Notes: generated by a model from the letters alone, not told the origin. DNA of 64,000 nucleotides from Gemmatimonadota bacterium (GCA_963666735.1 OY762926.1:1-64000), one strand, 5' to 3'. Counted from the stretch's first letter, positions 10,801-20,126 are shown. Numbers and translations are program-made.

Positions 10801-10964
10801 GCGGCCATGTTCGTCCCCTCGGACACGGTGACGCGGAGCTCGCGATCCTGGGCATGCGCCGCCGAAGGCAGGAGGCACGGCGCTGCGGGCAGGAAAAACA
10901 GCGCCGCCAGCGGGGACAGCTTGCTGCAACGTCGTCGACGCGGGGGGACCGATACCTGAGACAT
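7827..10964 (-). CDS. Secreted amidohydrolase with N-terminal TolB/PD40 beta-propeller repeats
   Basis: Many (W/F)SPDG repeats; PGLIDMHSH, GVTTIRD, VEH, AGTDSP, ADILIVEGNPL. Start chosen at ATG 10964. Confidence 0.9.
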   Translation of the reverse strand: MSQVSVPPRRRRCSKLSPLAALFFLPAAPCLLPSAAHAQDRELRVTVSEGTNMAAAVSPDGSRMVLDLQGTLWVMDAAGGEARAITDMYYDARQPQWAPDGNRIVFQSFRDGNWHIWSIRPDGSDPAQHTFGPYDEREPAYSPDGGAIAFASDRSGNYDIWTLNVATGTMSRVTDAPGHEFTPSWSADGEALVYASNQDGGTVLVRGTDGSERVVARARGAVSPSWSPDGRRIAFPAVSQGQTGLYVASLDQGPGAGPDAGADSEPSRLTGDGADVFPFRPHWVSTDEIVYTADGVIRRASADDAGSGDGDGDGGGGSVIPFEATFAFTRPDYERTPRSFEAGGPEPVVGIVAPAISPDGSSIAFTALGDLWLLDLDPDGSPRDASPRAAAPRQLTDDPFVDVLPAWSRDGSMLAYASDKGGTLDIWVRDMETGAERRATTLPGGEVGPVFSPDGAHIVFTSVQGLQSGVRIVDLATGDIRTIRDDLFAPGRPSFSPDGETIAMGVLTQYSTRFREGRNEILLQPVDGGQGRRVTAAEHRGMGVRGLDGPVWSPDGRRMAYTSEGVLWLVEVDDAGTPSGPPMRLTNHHADAISWTGDSRSIVYQTPGGLRRYELDDGAIEEIPVALEWRRPAREGSAVIHAARVWDGVSDDIDRNMDLIVEGNRIASIVPHSDANHASAADAGGEVVDAGDHTVLPGLIDMHSHMGYGMGETLGRTFLAYGVTTIRDPTADSYEIAERRESIDSGRRTGPREFATGRTMDGNRIYYSGAGSLRPDGNFALELDRADRLGFSLIKTYVRLPDLLQRRIVDFAHSIGIPVSSHEIYPAVAHGMDHVEHISGTSRRGYSPKVTAMYRTYDDVIRLLTASGMTITPTMALMGGWWKVVGEDPSWTSDPRFASFFPPGMAESMAARAAARGRLSGMDDMLADAGETVTRVVRGGGKVVAGTDSPIIPYGAALIAEVENYVWGGLTEVEALRTATSVAAEALAMEGEIGTLSAGAFADILIVEGNPLEDISDLRRARIVLKDGEIFRLEDLMSPLQNLVP

Positions 10965-11038
10965 GAGGTCAGCTCCGTTCTCTCGACAATAGGGTGGAGG
11001 ATGATACGGTGCGCGCGTCACCCCCCGGCAAGACCCCG

Positions 11039-11524
11039 TCAGCCGTCGCGATAGTGGCGCATGCGCGCGGCGTAGGCGAAACCGAAGAAGTACCTGCGCA
11101 GGCCATCCGCCGAGCCGGGCGGGACATCGGGGTCGAAGAAGAGGCGGCAGAACTCGTGGCGGGCCCGCAGGACCTCCTGGCAGCGGTGTCCGTGCCAGCG
11201 TGGGTCCGCAGCCGTGAGATCGAACAGTTCCAGCGCCCGTGCGAGAGCGCCCTCGAACCGGTTCGAGGGCCCGGCCTCGTGGGCGCGAATGCGCTCTCGC
11301 GCCGACGCGTCGTCCACGCCGCGCGAGCGGTTCCCCCAGAGGTCCTGCTGACGCGAGCCGCGCTCCAGCAGCAGCGCTTCATCATCGGCGTGCAAGTCGC
11401 CTCCGACGCCCATGATCCCTCGAGAGACATCGACCACGGCCTTGATCCAGTCGCCGAACTGGGCCTCGGCCATGCTCCGCAGATCCGCGCGGGAGATGGA
11501 TTTCGAGATGATGCGTCCCGCCAT
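11039..11524 (-). pseudogene. Chimera of internally deleted DUF5674 protein and C-terminus of its usual downstream partner
   Basis: KAVVDV..GIM.VGGDLHADDEALLLE.GS.Q.DLWG joins directly to NRSRGVDD, then ALELFDLTAADPRW; family assignment from memory of consensus. Confidence 0.6.
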
Positions 11525-11693
11525 CAAAACCGTCGACTCCCGGAGCAGGTGTGAGCGGGGCAGGTGCGAGCGGTGGACGAGGCAACTTTACCGCCGTCCC
11601 CTCGACCCGCACAGCGGGTTCTTGACGGGCCGGTCGGGGCGGGCAGATTGATTGCCGGTCAGGTCCAGCCCCTCGCACCCAACGGAGGAACCG

Positions 11694-12536
11694 ATGCAAG
11701 CGCCAACGCGTATCCCCGGGAGTTTCGTCGGCTTGGTGCTGCTGTTGCTCATCGGGGCTCAGCAGGGGTGTCGGCCGGAAACCGAAGATCAGGCGGAGGG
11801 GGAGGGGCAGATGGAGGCGGAGCACGCCGAGGGGATGGGGGAGGCCGAAGTCCACTGGGGGTACGAGGGCGACACGGGACCGGACGCGTGGGGCGGGCTC
11901 GATCCCTCGTTCGCGGTCTGCGACACCGGAGTGGAGCAGTCTCCGGTGGACCTGGCCAGCGCGACTCCGGCGGACGCGGCGGATGCCGGGAGCGGTGGCG
12001 GCCTCGATATCCGGTGGCAGGCCACGGAGGCGGAGGTCGTGGACAACGGCCACACCATTCAGATCAACGTGGCGGAGGGGAGTTCCATCGTCTTGGAGGG
12101 CCGGCCGTTCGCGCTCGTGCAGTTCCACTTCCACCTGCCGAGCGAACACACCGTCGACGGCGCCGCTTCTCCGATGGAGGTGCATTTCGTGCACGCGGCC
12201 GAGGAGGGAGACCTCGCCGTGATCGGGGTCCTCATGGAGGCGGGCGACGCCGACTCGGCCCTCCAGGGTCTCTGGGACGCCATTCCCGGGCCCGACGAGT
12301 CGCCGGCGGCGGTCGGCGCGCTCGATCCGGGCACGCTCCTTCCCGAAGGGCGCGGCTACTTCCGCTACCAGGGCTCGCTGACCACGCCACCCTGTTCGGA
12401 GGTCGTGAGCTGGGTCGTGCTGACGGAGTCGATCTCCGTCTCGCAGGCGCAGATCGATGCCTTCGCGGCGCTCTATCCGATGAACGCGCGCCCCGTGCAG
12501 CCGTTGAACGGGCGGGAGGTCCGGCTCCGGCCCTAA
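11694..12536 (+). CDS. Alpha-class carbonic anhydrase, probably exported/lipoprotein
   Basis: HWGYEG, QSPVD, NGHTIQ, QFHFH.PSEH, EVHFVH, YQGSLTTPPCSE, NARPVQPLNGR; GGAGGA RBS before ATG 11694. Confidence 0.95.
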   Translation: MQAPTRIPGSFVGLVLLLLIGAQQGCRPETEDQAEGEGQMEAEHAEGMGEAEVHWGYEGDTGPDAWGGLDPSFAVCDTGVEQSPVDLASATPADAADAGSGGGLDIRWQATEAEVVDNGHTIQINVAEGSSIVLEGRPFALVQFHFHLPSEHTVDGAASPMEVHFVHAAEEGDLAVIGVLMEAGDADSALQGLWDAIPGPDESPAAVGALDPGTLLPEGRGYFRYQGSLTTPPCSEVVSWVVLTESISVSQAQIDAFAALYPMNARPVQPLNGREVRLRP

Positions 12537-12581
12537 GCCGCGACTGGAGCCGCCGCGACTGGAGCCGCCGCGACTGGAGCC
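12537..12581. repeat. Tandem repeat, 3 x 15 bp (GCCGCGACTGGAGCC) between convergent genes
   Basis: Three perfect units read directly. Confidence 0.95.
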
Positions 12582-12587
12582 GCGACG

Positions 12588-14480
12588 CTAGCGGCCGAGC
12601 GTCCTCCCGCCGCGGCGGGGGTCCGACCAGCCCGTCCATGATCCGTCCGGCATCGCCATGATCAGCTGCAGGTCGCCCGACATGCCGCCGGTGAAGTAGG
12701 CGTCGGGCGGGCCGGGATCGCGCTCGCGGACCGTGTGTCCGAGCGCCTCCAGCGCGCTCGCCGTGGCCGCACCCAGTCCTCCGTATTCGTGGAAGACGAG
12801 GTCCGGGAGGTGCTGGTGGTGGATCCGCGGGGCGTGGACCGCCTGCACGACGTTCATCCCGTGATCGACGACGTTGAAGATGGACTGCAGCACGGTGGTG
12901 ATGATCGTGGCGCCGCCGGGGGTTCCGGCGATGAGGAAGAGATCCCCGTCCGCGTCCTCGACGATCGTGGGGCTCATCGCCGACAGCATGCGCTTGCCGG
13001 GCCCGATCGCGTTCCGCTCGCCCTGCACGAGGCCGAACTGGTTCGGGGTGCCCGGCTTGGCCGCGAAGTCGTCCATCGTGTTGTTGAGGAAGAATCCCGC
13101 GCCCTCCACGACGACCTTCCCGCCGTACCACGAGTTGACGCTCGTCGTGACCGCGACCGCGTTGCCCTCGCCGTCGACGACGGAGTAGTGGGTCGTGTGA
13201 CTCTCATCCAGGAAGCCGTCGATTCCCGGGGCGACCTCGGCGGAGGGTGTCGCCCGCTCCGTGGAAATCGTCGCCGCGCGGCTGTCGGCGTACGCGTCCG
13301 AGAGGAACTCATCGACGGGAAGCTCCACGAAGTCCGGGTCCGCGAGATACTCGTTGCGATCGGCGTAGGCGCGCCGGAAGGACTCGGCCATGACGTGGAT
13401 CGTCTCGGGGCTGTTCCACCCCATCGCGCCCAGGTCCCAGCGCTCCAGGATGTTGGCGATGGCCGCCATGGTGAGGCCGCCCGAGGACGGCGGCGGCATC
13501 GAATGCACCGTGTAGCCGCGGTAGTCGAACGAAACCGGGCCGCGCCAGACCGTCTCATAGCGGCCGAGGTCCTCGAGCGTGATGATGCCGCCGCCGCCGC
13601 GCTCCATCTCCGCCGCGATCAGGGCGGCGGTCTCTCCGCGGTAGAAGTCGTCGGGTCCCTGGTCGCGGAGGCGCGTGAGGACGGCGGCCAGATCCGGCTG
13701 CGCGAAGGTGTCGCCGATGCCGGGGACGGCGTCGCCGGGGAGGAAGATGCGCGCGCTCTGAGCGAAAGCGCGGATCCCCTCCTGCGCCGCGTCGAGCGTG
13801 GACACCAGCCGCGTCGTGACCTCGAACCCGTTCGCGAGGTCGATCGAGGGCTGAACCACCGCGGCCCAGTCGAGGGTGCCGAAGCGCTGGTGGGCCTCCC
13901 ACAGCCCGGACACGGTCCCGGGCACGCCCGCCGCCAGGTGCCCGCGCACGGAGAGGTCCGTGACGTTTCCGTCCTCGTCGAGGTACATGTCGCGGGTGGC
14001 CGCCAGCGGCGCCTTCTCGCGGTGGTCCTGGGCGAAGACGGTGCCGTCGGCGAGGCGGATCATCATGAACCCGCCCCCGCCCAGGTTGCCGGCTTCCGGG
14101 TTCACCACGGCGAGCGCCAGGCCGGTGGCCACGGCCGCGTCGACGGCGTTGCCGCCGGCCGCGAGGATCTCGACGCCGACGCGCGACGCGTACTCGTCGG
14201 TCGAGGCGACCATGCCCTCGGTGGCGGTGACGGGGGCGGCTTCGGCGGCGAAGGGCCACTCCTGCGGAAAGGTGCCGCCCGCCTCGACGAAGGCGCTGGT
14301 CGTGGCGCCCGCCGCGCCGATGGCGCCGCCGTCTGCGGCTCCCCCTTCCGTGCCGCCGGACCGGCAGCCGACGACGAGCAGCAGGAGCGCAAGGACCGCG
14401 CCGGGCGAAAGCGGGGCCTTGCGGCGGCGGAACGTCGGCCGACGTGGCCGCGTGGTATCGAAGAGGTCCGTATCGTGCAT
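12588..14480 (-). CDS. ggt: Gamma-glutamyltransferase
   Basis: GGNAVDAA, GGGGF, REKAP, HTTHYS (catalytic Thr), LNNTMDDF, PGKRMLSAMSPT, SDPR. Confidence 0.96.
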   Translation of the reverse strand: MHDTDLFDTTRPRRPTFRRRKAPLSPGAVLALLLLVVGCRSGGTEGGAADGGAIGAAGATTSAFVEAGGTFPQEWPFAAEAAPVTATEGMVASTDEYASRVGVEILAAGGNAVDAAVATGLALAVVNPEAGNLGGGGFMMIRLADGTVFAQDHREKAPLAATRDMYLDEDGNVTDLSVRGHLAAGVPGTVSGLWEAHQRFGTLDWAAVVQPSIDLANGFEVTTRLVSTLDAAQEGIRAFAQSARIFLPGDAVPGIGDTFAQPDLAAVLTRLRDQGPDDFYRGETAALIAAEMERGGGGIITLEDLGRYETVWRGPVSFDYRGYTVHSMPPPSSGGLTMAAIANILERWDLGAMGWNSPETIHVMAESFRRAYADRNEYLADPDFVELPVDEFLSDAYADSRAATISTERATPSAEVAPGIDGFLDESHTTHYSVVDGEGNAVAVTTSVNSWYGGKVVVEGAGFFLNNTMDDFAAKPGTPNQFGLVQGERNAIGPGKRMLSAMSPTIVEDADGDLFLIAGTPGGATIITTVLQSIFNVVDHGMNVVQAVHAPRIHHQHLPDLVFHEYGGLGAATASALEALGHTVRERDPGPPDAYFTGGMSGDLQLIMAMPDGSWTGWSDPRRGGRTLGR

Positions 14481-14481
14481 C

Positions 14482-14521
14482 TGAAGTGACTCCCAGGAAT
14501 TGGACACCCGGCCTCGGGTTT
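14482..14521 (-). mobile_element. Isolated IS3-family terminal inverted repeat remnant
   Basis: TGAAGTGACTCCCAGGAATTGGACACCCGGCCTCGGGTTT closely matches the reverse complement of the IS ends at 32145-32184 and 36751-36790. Confidence 0.8.
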
Positions 14522-14660
14522 GTCATGCGGCGCTATTGTGCTGTCCACCGCGACAAAGCGGCAAGCGGCCGACACGGCGCCTACGATCGGCAACATGGTC
14601 TCGCGCGACCGACACGCTATGATATTTGCCACATGGCACCTCTAAATGTAAAATACGATT

Positions 14661-15839
14661 ATGGTTCGGCGTCCGATGTGGTTGGAGAGAATCCGGCAGG
14701 CGTGGGCCGAGAGGCCCTTGGTGTGGCTGTCCGGAGTGCGACGGGTCGGGAAGACGACCCTCGCCCGGATGTTGCCGGATGCCGTCTACCTGAACTGCGA
14801 CCTTCCGTCCACCGTCCGGCGGCTCGACGACCCCGAGTTCTTTCTCGGCGGCCTTGAGCCGGGAACCGTGCTCATCGTGGACGAGGTTCACCGTCTGCCC
14901 GACCCCAGCCTTCTCCTGAAGATCGCGGCGGACGAGCACCCATCGCTCAAGGTCCTGGCCACGGGATCGTCCACGCTCGCGGCCACGAGGAAGTTCCGGG
15001 ACTCGCTGACCGGTCGGAAACTGGCGGTCCACCTGTGCCCCGTGCTGTGGGAGGAGTGCGCCGAACCGTTCGGCCGCGGGGGTTTCGACCACCGTCTGCT
15101 TCACGGAGGGTTGCCGGAACCGCTGCTCGCGGAGACGAAGTCGACGCAGTTGTATGCGGAGTGGATCGACAGCTTCTATGCGCGGGACATCCTGGAACTG
15201 TTCCGCGTTCGGAACCGCCGGGGGTTCCTGTCGCTGTTTCGCCTCCTGATGGGATGGAGCGGCGGGCAGGTCGACTACAGCCGTCTCGCCCGTCTGACGA
15301 AACTGAGTCGGCCGACGGTCAAGACGTACATCGAGGCTCTGGAGATCGCGCACGCCATCCATCGCCTGCGTCCCTTCCGCGGCGGGGGGAGCGGGGAGAT
15401 CGTGAGCCGCCCGAAGTGCTACGCCTTCGACACGGGCTTCGTCACCTTCGAGCGGGGTTGGAGCCGCATCAGGGACGACGACCGCGGAGTGCTCTGGGAG
15501 CACCTCGTACTGGACGCGCTCCGCTTCCGCCACCTGGACGAAGACATCTTCTACTGGCGCGACAAGTCGGGCAGGGAAATGGACTTTGTGGTGCGCCGCG
15601 AGGACGGTCGCCTGGACGCGTTCGAGTGCAAGATCAACCCGGATGAAGTCACGCGTGCCGCCATCGAGGCGTTGCGGCGGCGGTACCCGCTGGGGGACAA
15701 CTACGTGGTCGTCCCGGCGGCGACAAAGCCCTACCGCATCCGCCGCGGCGAATGGGAGTTTGCGGTATGCGGAACCCGACACCTTCCCGTGAACCGGGAA
15801 AAGGGACGAACGCCCCGGAAGCCGGGCTCGCGACCATGA
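14661..15839 (+). CDS. AAA+ ATPase (AAA_14 + DUF4143 type)
   Basis: GVRRVGKT, IVDEVH, ATGSS, DSLTGR, GGLPE, K.YAFDTG, FYWRDKSGREMDFVV, FECK. Confidence 0.9.
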   Translation: MVRRPMWLERIRQAWAERPLVWLSGVRRVGKTTLARMLPDAVYLNCDLPSTVRRLDDPEFFLGGLEPGTVLIVDEVHRLPDPSLLLKIAADEHPSLKVLATGSSTLAATRKFRDSLTGRKLAVHLCPVLWEECAEPFGRGGFDHRLLHGGLPEPLLAETKSTQLYAEWIDSFYARDILELFRVRNRRGFLSLFRLLMGWSGGQVDYSRLARLTKLSRPTVKTYIEALEIAHAIHRLRPFRGGGSGEIVSRPKCYAFDTGFVTFERGWSRIRDDDRGVLWEHLVLDALRFRHLDEDIFYWRDKSGREMDFVVRREDGRLDAFECKINPDEVTRAAIEALRRRYPLGDNYVVVPAATKPYRIRRGEWEFAVCGTRHLPVNREKGRTPRKPGSRP

Positions 15840-17506
15840 GTCCGGCGGAGCTGACGATCGACCGTTCGTCGTCCCCCGCGCGGCTGACCTACGGGGAGCG
15901 GTTCAACGCGGCCTCCTGGTACATCGATCGGCACGTGGCGGAGGGACGGGGCGGCAGGGTCGCCATCGAGCAGGCCGGCAATCAGGCCAGCAAGACGGTC
16001 ACGTACGCGGAACTGGCGGAAGGGGTCGGGCGGGCGGGGCACGCCCTCCTCGGGCTCGGGCTCGCGCCGGGCGACCGCCTTCTCATGGTCGTGAAGGACT
16101 GCCCGGAGTTCTTCTTTTACTTCTGGGGGGCGATCAAGGCGGGGATCGTGCCCGTGCCCGTGAGCTACCTCATGCGGGCGCGGGACCTCGGGTTCATCAT
16201 CGCAGACTCCGGCTGTCGGGCGGTCGTCTACTCGCCGGAGTTCGCGGGCGAGGTCGTGCCGGCGCTCGCGGGGGCGCGGACGGGGGCGCGGGGGCTCGTG
16301 CTCGAGGCCGAGGGCGGGGCGCTCGACGACGTCGCTGCGGCCCGTCCGGCACTGGAGGCGGCGCCGGCTCGGCCGGACGACATCGCGTTCTGGCTCTATT
16401 CCTCGGGTACGACGGGGCGCCTCAAGGGGGTGCCGCATCGCCACCGCGACATGCCGGCGACCTGCGAGCACTACGCCGTGGGGATTCTCGGGCTGGGCGA
16501 GGACGACCGCTGCTACTCCGCGGCGAAACTCTTCTTCGCGTACGGGCTCGGGAACGCGATGACGTTCCCGCTGTGGGTGGGAGGCACCGCGATCCTCGAC
16601 GAGCGGCGTCCGGCGCCCGCGACCACGTTCGAGACGATCGAGACGCTGCGTCCGACGGCGTACTTCGGAGTGCCGACGCTGTACGCGGCGCAGCTACAGG
16701 CGCTGGACCAGGTGCGGGCGACCGCGGGTGGCGGCGCGGCGGCGGGGAGCGCGGAGGGCGACAGTCCGGCGGGCCGGGCCGGGCCCGATCTGGGTTCGCT
16801 GCGGCTGTGCGTGTCCGCGGGCGAGGCGCTACCCCCGGACCTCTTCCGTCGCTGGAAGGCGGCGACGGGGCTCGAGATCCTGGACGGGATCGGTTCCACC
16901 GAGGCGCTCCACATCTTCATCTCGAACGCCCCGGGCGACGTGAACCCCGGCAGCACGGGCCGCGTCGTCCCCGGCTACGAGGCGCGGATCGTGGGCGAGG
17001 ACGGCGCCGAGGCGGGGCCCGGCGAGGCGGGACAACTCGAGATCCGCGGCGACTCGACGACTCCCGGCTACTGGAACCGTCGGAAACTCGAGGGGCGCAT
17101 GATCGTGGACGGGTGGCTGCGCACGGGAGACCAGTACGTGCGCGACGCGGAAGGCTGGTTCCACTACCAGGGCCGCGCCGACGACATGATCAAGGTGGGC
17201 GGGATCTGGTGCTCCCCGTTCGACATCGAGGCGCGCCTCATGGAACACCCGGCGGTGCTGGAGGCGGCGGTCGTGGGCCGGGAGGACGACCACGGCCTGG
17301 TCAAGCCGGAGGCGCACGTGGTGCTCACCGAGCCACTGCGGGAGACGGTCGGCGCCGAACCGGCTGCCGACGCGCTCACGGCGGAACTCGTCGCGCATTG
17401 CCAGGCGGGGTTGCCGCGCTACATGTACCCCCGCTGGATCCGGTTCGTGACCGGACTTCCGAAGACGGCGACGGGGAAGATCCAGCGGTTCAGGCTGCGT
17501 GCCTGA
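15836..17506 (+). CDS. Benzoate-CoA ligase family acyl-CoA synthetase
   Basis: WLYSSGTTG, KLFFAYGLGN, SAGEALP, DGIGSTEALHIFISN, GRADDMIKVGG, PKTATGKIQRF. Confidence 0.92.
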   Translation: MSPAELTIDRSSSPARLTYGERFNAASWYIDRHVAEGRGGRVAIEQAGNQASKTVTYAELAEGVGRAGHALLGLGLAPGDRLLMVVKDCPEFFFYFWGAIKAGIVPVPVSYLMRARDLGFIIADSGCRAVVYSPEFAGEVVPALAGARTGARGLVLEAEGGALDDVAAARPALEAAPARPDDIAFWLYSSGTTGRLKGVPHRHRDMPATCEHYAVGILGLGEDDRCYSAAKLFFAYGLGNAMTFPLWVGGTAILDERRPAPATTFETIETLRPTAYFGVPTLYAAQLQALDQVRATAGGGAAAGSAEGDSPAGRAGPDLGSLRLCVSAGEALPPDLFRRWKAATGLEILDGIGSTEALHIFISNAPGDVNPGSTGRVVPGYEARIVGEDGAEAGPGEAGQLEIRGDSTTPGYWNRRKLEGRMIVDGWLRTGDQYVRDAEGWFHYQGRADDMIKVGGIWCSPFDIEARLMEHPAVLEAAVVGREDDHGLVKPEAHVVLTEPLRETVGAEPAADALTAELVAHCQAGLPRYMYPRWIRFVTGLPKTATGKIQRFRLRA

Positions 17507-17528
17507 TCGTGGACCGCACGCCGTCGCG

Positions 17529-18392
17529 CTATCGGGACGGCGTCTCGGCGCTCGCTCGCCTCTCCAGGACGCAGTAGCGGTACAGTTTCAGCGTCTCGCG
17601 CCAGTCCTCGGGGTACTCGGCCACCATCTCGCCCAGCCCGTACTCCTCCGCCAGTTCCGCGAATGAGCCCGACTCCGTCACAGCGAACGGCGCCTCCCTC
17701 TCGAACACCGTCAGGTCGGGGAAGCCGGTGGGGAACGAGGCATTCATCGCCCGCTCCACCCCTTCGAGCCGCTTGCGGTCTTCGTCCGTGTCGAAGTCGC
17801 GGCTCTGCAGGTCCACCGAGAAATAGTCGAACGCGATGCGGAGCGACGGCACCGCGCTCGCGAGCCGGTTCAGGAACGGCATGATGCTTTCGGGCGGCAG
17901 GTACATCGTGTTGCCTTCCCAGACCATCAGCGTGGGGGCCGCGGGATCGAAGCCCAGCTCGGCGAGCCCGCCCGGCACATCGGCCTCCAGGTAGTTGGCG
18001 AAGAGCGATGGCGGCTGTTCGACCCCGCCGCGCTCCAGGACATGGCGCTTGAATTCGAGCACCGCCTTCTGGTCGACCTCGAAGAAGGCGGCGTCCGCTT
18101 CGCGGTAGTGATGGGCCCGCATGTCGAAGCCGCCGCCGAGCAGCACGACCTGGCGGGCTCCGTCCTCGATCCCGCGCTCCACGAACCGGTTGAAGTAGCG
18201 CGTGCGGAACCGGACCATCGTGGTCGAGGGCGGGAACACCGCTTCCAGTTGCCGGGCGGCCGCACGGGCCCGGTCGTTCGAGAACCACGGCGCGTAGGGG
18301 TCGTTGAAGAGCGGACGCGGCTTCTCGGGCTCGAGGGCCCGAATGGACGCGATGACGAAGGCGGTCGCACCGATTTCGTTGATATCGATCAT
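17529..18392 (-). CDS. SAM-dependent methyltransferase (LCM/Rv-type)
   Basis: DPYA, RTRYFN, QVVLLGGGFDMRA, FEVDQ, WEGNTMYL. Confidence 0.88.
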   Translation of the reverse strand: MIDINEIGATAFVIASIRALEPEKPRPLFNDPYAPWFSNDRARAAARQLEAVFPPSTTMVRFRTRYFNRFVERGIEDGARQVVLLGGGFDMRAHHYREADAAFFEVDQKAVLEFKRHVLERGGVEQPPSLFANYLEADVPGGLAELGFDPAAPTLMVWEGNTMYLPPESIMPFLNRLASAVPSLRIAFDYFSVDLQSRDFDTDEDRKRLEGVERAMNASFPTGFPDLTVFEREAPFAVTESGSFAELAEEYGLGEMVAEYPEDWRETLKLYRYCVLERRASAETPSR

Positions 18393-18622
18393 GGTTCGCG
18401 ATCCGGGATATGGAAGAGTGAAGTACGTGGTCGCGGGAGCCACATAGTAGCCATCACGGTAGCCATCACGAAGGGGACACCTCAATGGTGCTCCGGTTCC
18501 GGGCCGCGAGAAGGACGACTGATGACGAACGGGCCCGGCGGGGGTGTCGTTGCGCGCCGGGTCCGGCGCACCGAAGCTCCGTGGCTGTGCGCAAGCTCAC
18601 TCATCCACATGGAGGAGACGCC

Positions 18623-19417
18623 ATGTTCGCAGGGTCCGCAGGTCGCAGTTCCGCGAAAGCCGCCGTTCACGCCTTGGCTCTGGTTCTCGCGCTGGCGGCC
18701 GCGCCGCTCAGCGCGCAGAAGACGATCGGGCTGAGGGCCGGCATCGGTTCCGCAACCCTGTCCGGGGCCAATCTGGACACGCGGGGCGCAGCCGCGTTCG
18801 ATGCGCCCAGATACGGGATCGCGGCGGGGGTCGACGCGGGGATCCCGCTGAGCGGTGCCCTGGGCGCGCGCATCGGCCTGGGGCTGGCCCAGAAGGGCGG
18901 CGCCGTGAAGGTGCCGCCATCGATCTCGGCGAGCCGGTCGCTCACCGAATCGGTGGCCCAGATCGACTACGTGCAGTTCTCCGCGCTCCTTCGCGCGGGC
19001 ACCGCCGCCGAAGGGGGGCGTCTCAACTTCGGCTTCCTCGCCGGGCCCTGGGTGGCCTTCAACCTCTCGTGCCAAGTGGCCGTGACGACCGTCGAGCCTC
19101 CGCCGATCCGCCCCGAGGTCCCGCCGGGCATTCCCAACCGCGTCGGCGCGGCGCGCGTGACAGGTGCGGCGACGGGTTCGGCGCGGGCGGGGTCCGCGCA
19201 GGACACGGACGTGGCGTGCGGAGAGGGCGGGGTGAGCGAGGTCAAGTCGACCGACTTCGGAGTCGCCGTCGGCGGAGGTTTCCAGGTGAAGCTGACGGAC
19301 TCGCTCGACCTGGCGTTCGAGGTGATCTACGCCCGGGGCCTCTCCGAAATCGACGATGAGGGGAAGAAGACCAACCACGTCGCCTTCCAGAGCGGCCTCG
19401 TCTTCGCCATCGGCTGA
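18623..19417 (+). CDS. Outer-membrane beta-barrel (porin family) protein
   Basis: Signal peptide; shares QKG, DYVQ.SAL.R.GT, GPW.A..LSC and KSTDFG.A.G.G with 6912-7571. Confidence 0.72.
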   Translation: MFAGSAGRSSAKAAVHALALVLALAAAPLSAQKTIGLRAGIGSATLSGANLDTRGAAAFDAPRYGIAAGVDAGIPLSGALGARIGLGLAQKGGAVKVPPSISASRSLTESVAQIDYVQFSALLRAGTAAEGGRLNFGFLAGPWVAFNLSCQVAVTTVEPPPIRPEVPPGIPNRVGAARVTGAATGSARAGSAQDTDVACGEGGVSEVKSTDFGVAVGGGFQVKLTDSLDLAFEVIYARGLSEIDDEGKKTNHVAFQSGLVFAIG

Positions 19418-19733
19418 CCCCAGCGGCCGACCCGAGCGGCTGACCCCCAAGGCTCCGGGGACCGCCGCGCGGAGGCGCCCCGGCCTGTGTCCCATATCCC
19501 GCGTCTCGTATCCGTGCATCGGCCTATGCCAATCGCAGGTCCCAGTTTCGATTGGCATAGGGCTGCACAGGGATGTTCAACAACCACCCCACGAATCGCC
19601 GCCCCCTCCACGACGTTGACGGAATCCCTGCGGTCTGGCGACCGGAGACTTCGATGCCGTCGGACGGGTCGACTTTGCCGCGGCGAACGACGCGGCCGAT
19701 CACATCAGCGTGTTCCTGATGAGGTAGCCCCGC

Positions 19734-20126
19734 TCACGGCTCGCGCTTTTTCGCGCCCCGGTCGCTCCGTTGCCCGGCAGCTTGCTCGGCATCGTCACCG
19801 GAAACCCCCGGGTCACTGCCGGCCACCACCACGTACTCCCGTTCGATCTCTCGGTGGAACCGCTCCGGCAGCCTCGCCCAATCCCTGGCCTCGACGAGGA
19901 ACGGAATCGTGGATTCCCGCACCGCCTCTTCGAAATCCAGCAGCCGGTCGGCGGGGATATCCTCAAGCCCCGGTCCCCTAAGCACCAAATCGAGGTCGCT
20001 TCCCTTGTGGCCGAGGCCGCTCACGCGGCTGCCGTAGGCCCACACCTCGACATCCGGCAAGTGCTCCCGGAGAAGTGCTTCGAGCACGCGCCGGTGCCTT
20101 GCGGACAAGTTCACGCGGTCAGGCAT
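19734..20126 (-). CDS. Minimal nucleotidyltransferase (MNT) antitoxin
   Basis: VWAYGSRV.G....SDLDLV motif; overlaps upstream HEPN gene. Confidence 0.88.
   Translation of the reverse strand: MPDRVNLSARHRRVLEALLREHLPDVEVWAYGSRVSGLGHKGSDLDLVLRGPGLEDIPADRLLDFEEAVRESTIPFLVEARDWARLPERFHREIEREYVVVAGSDPGVSGDDAEQAAGQRSDRGAKKREP

Noticed and set aside
12537..12581. Repeat array as a possible CRISPR
   Set aside because: Contiguous 15-bp units with no spacers, and no cas genes in the window.
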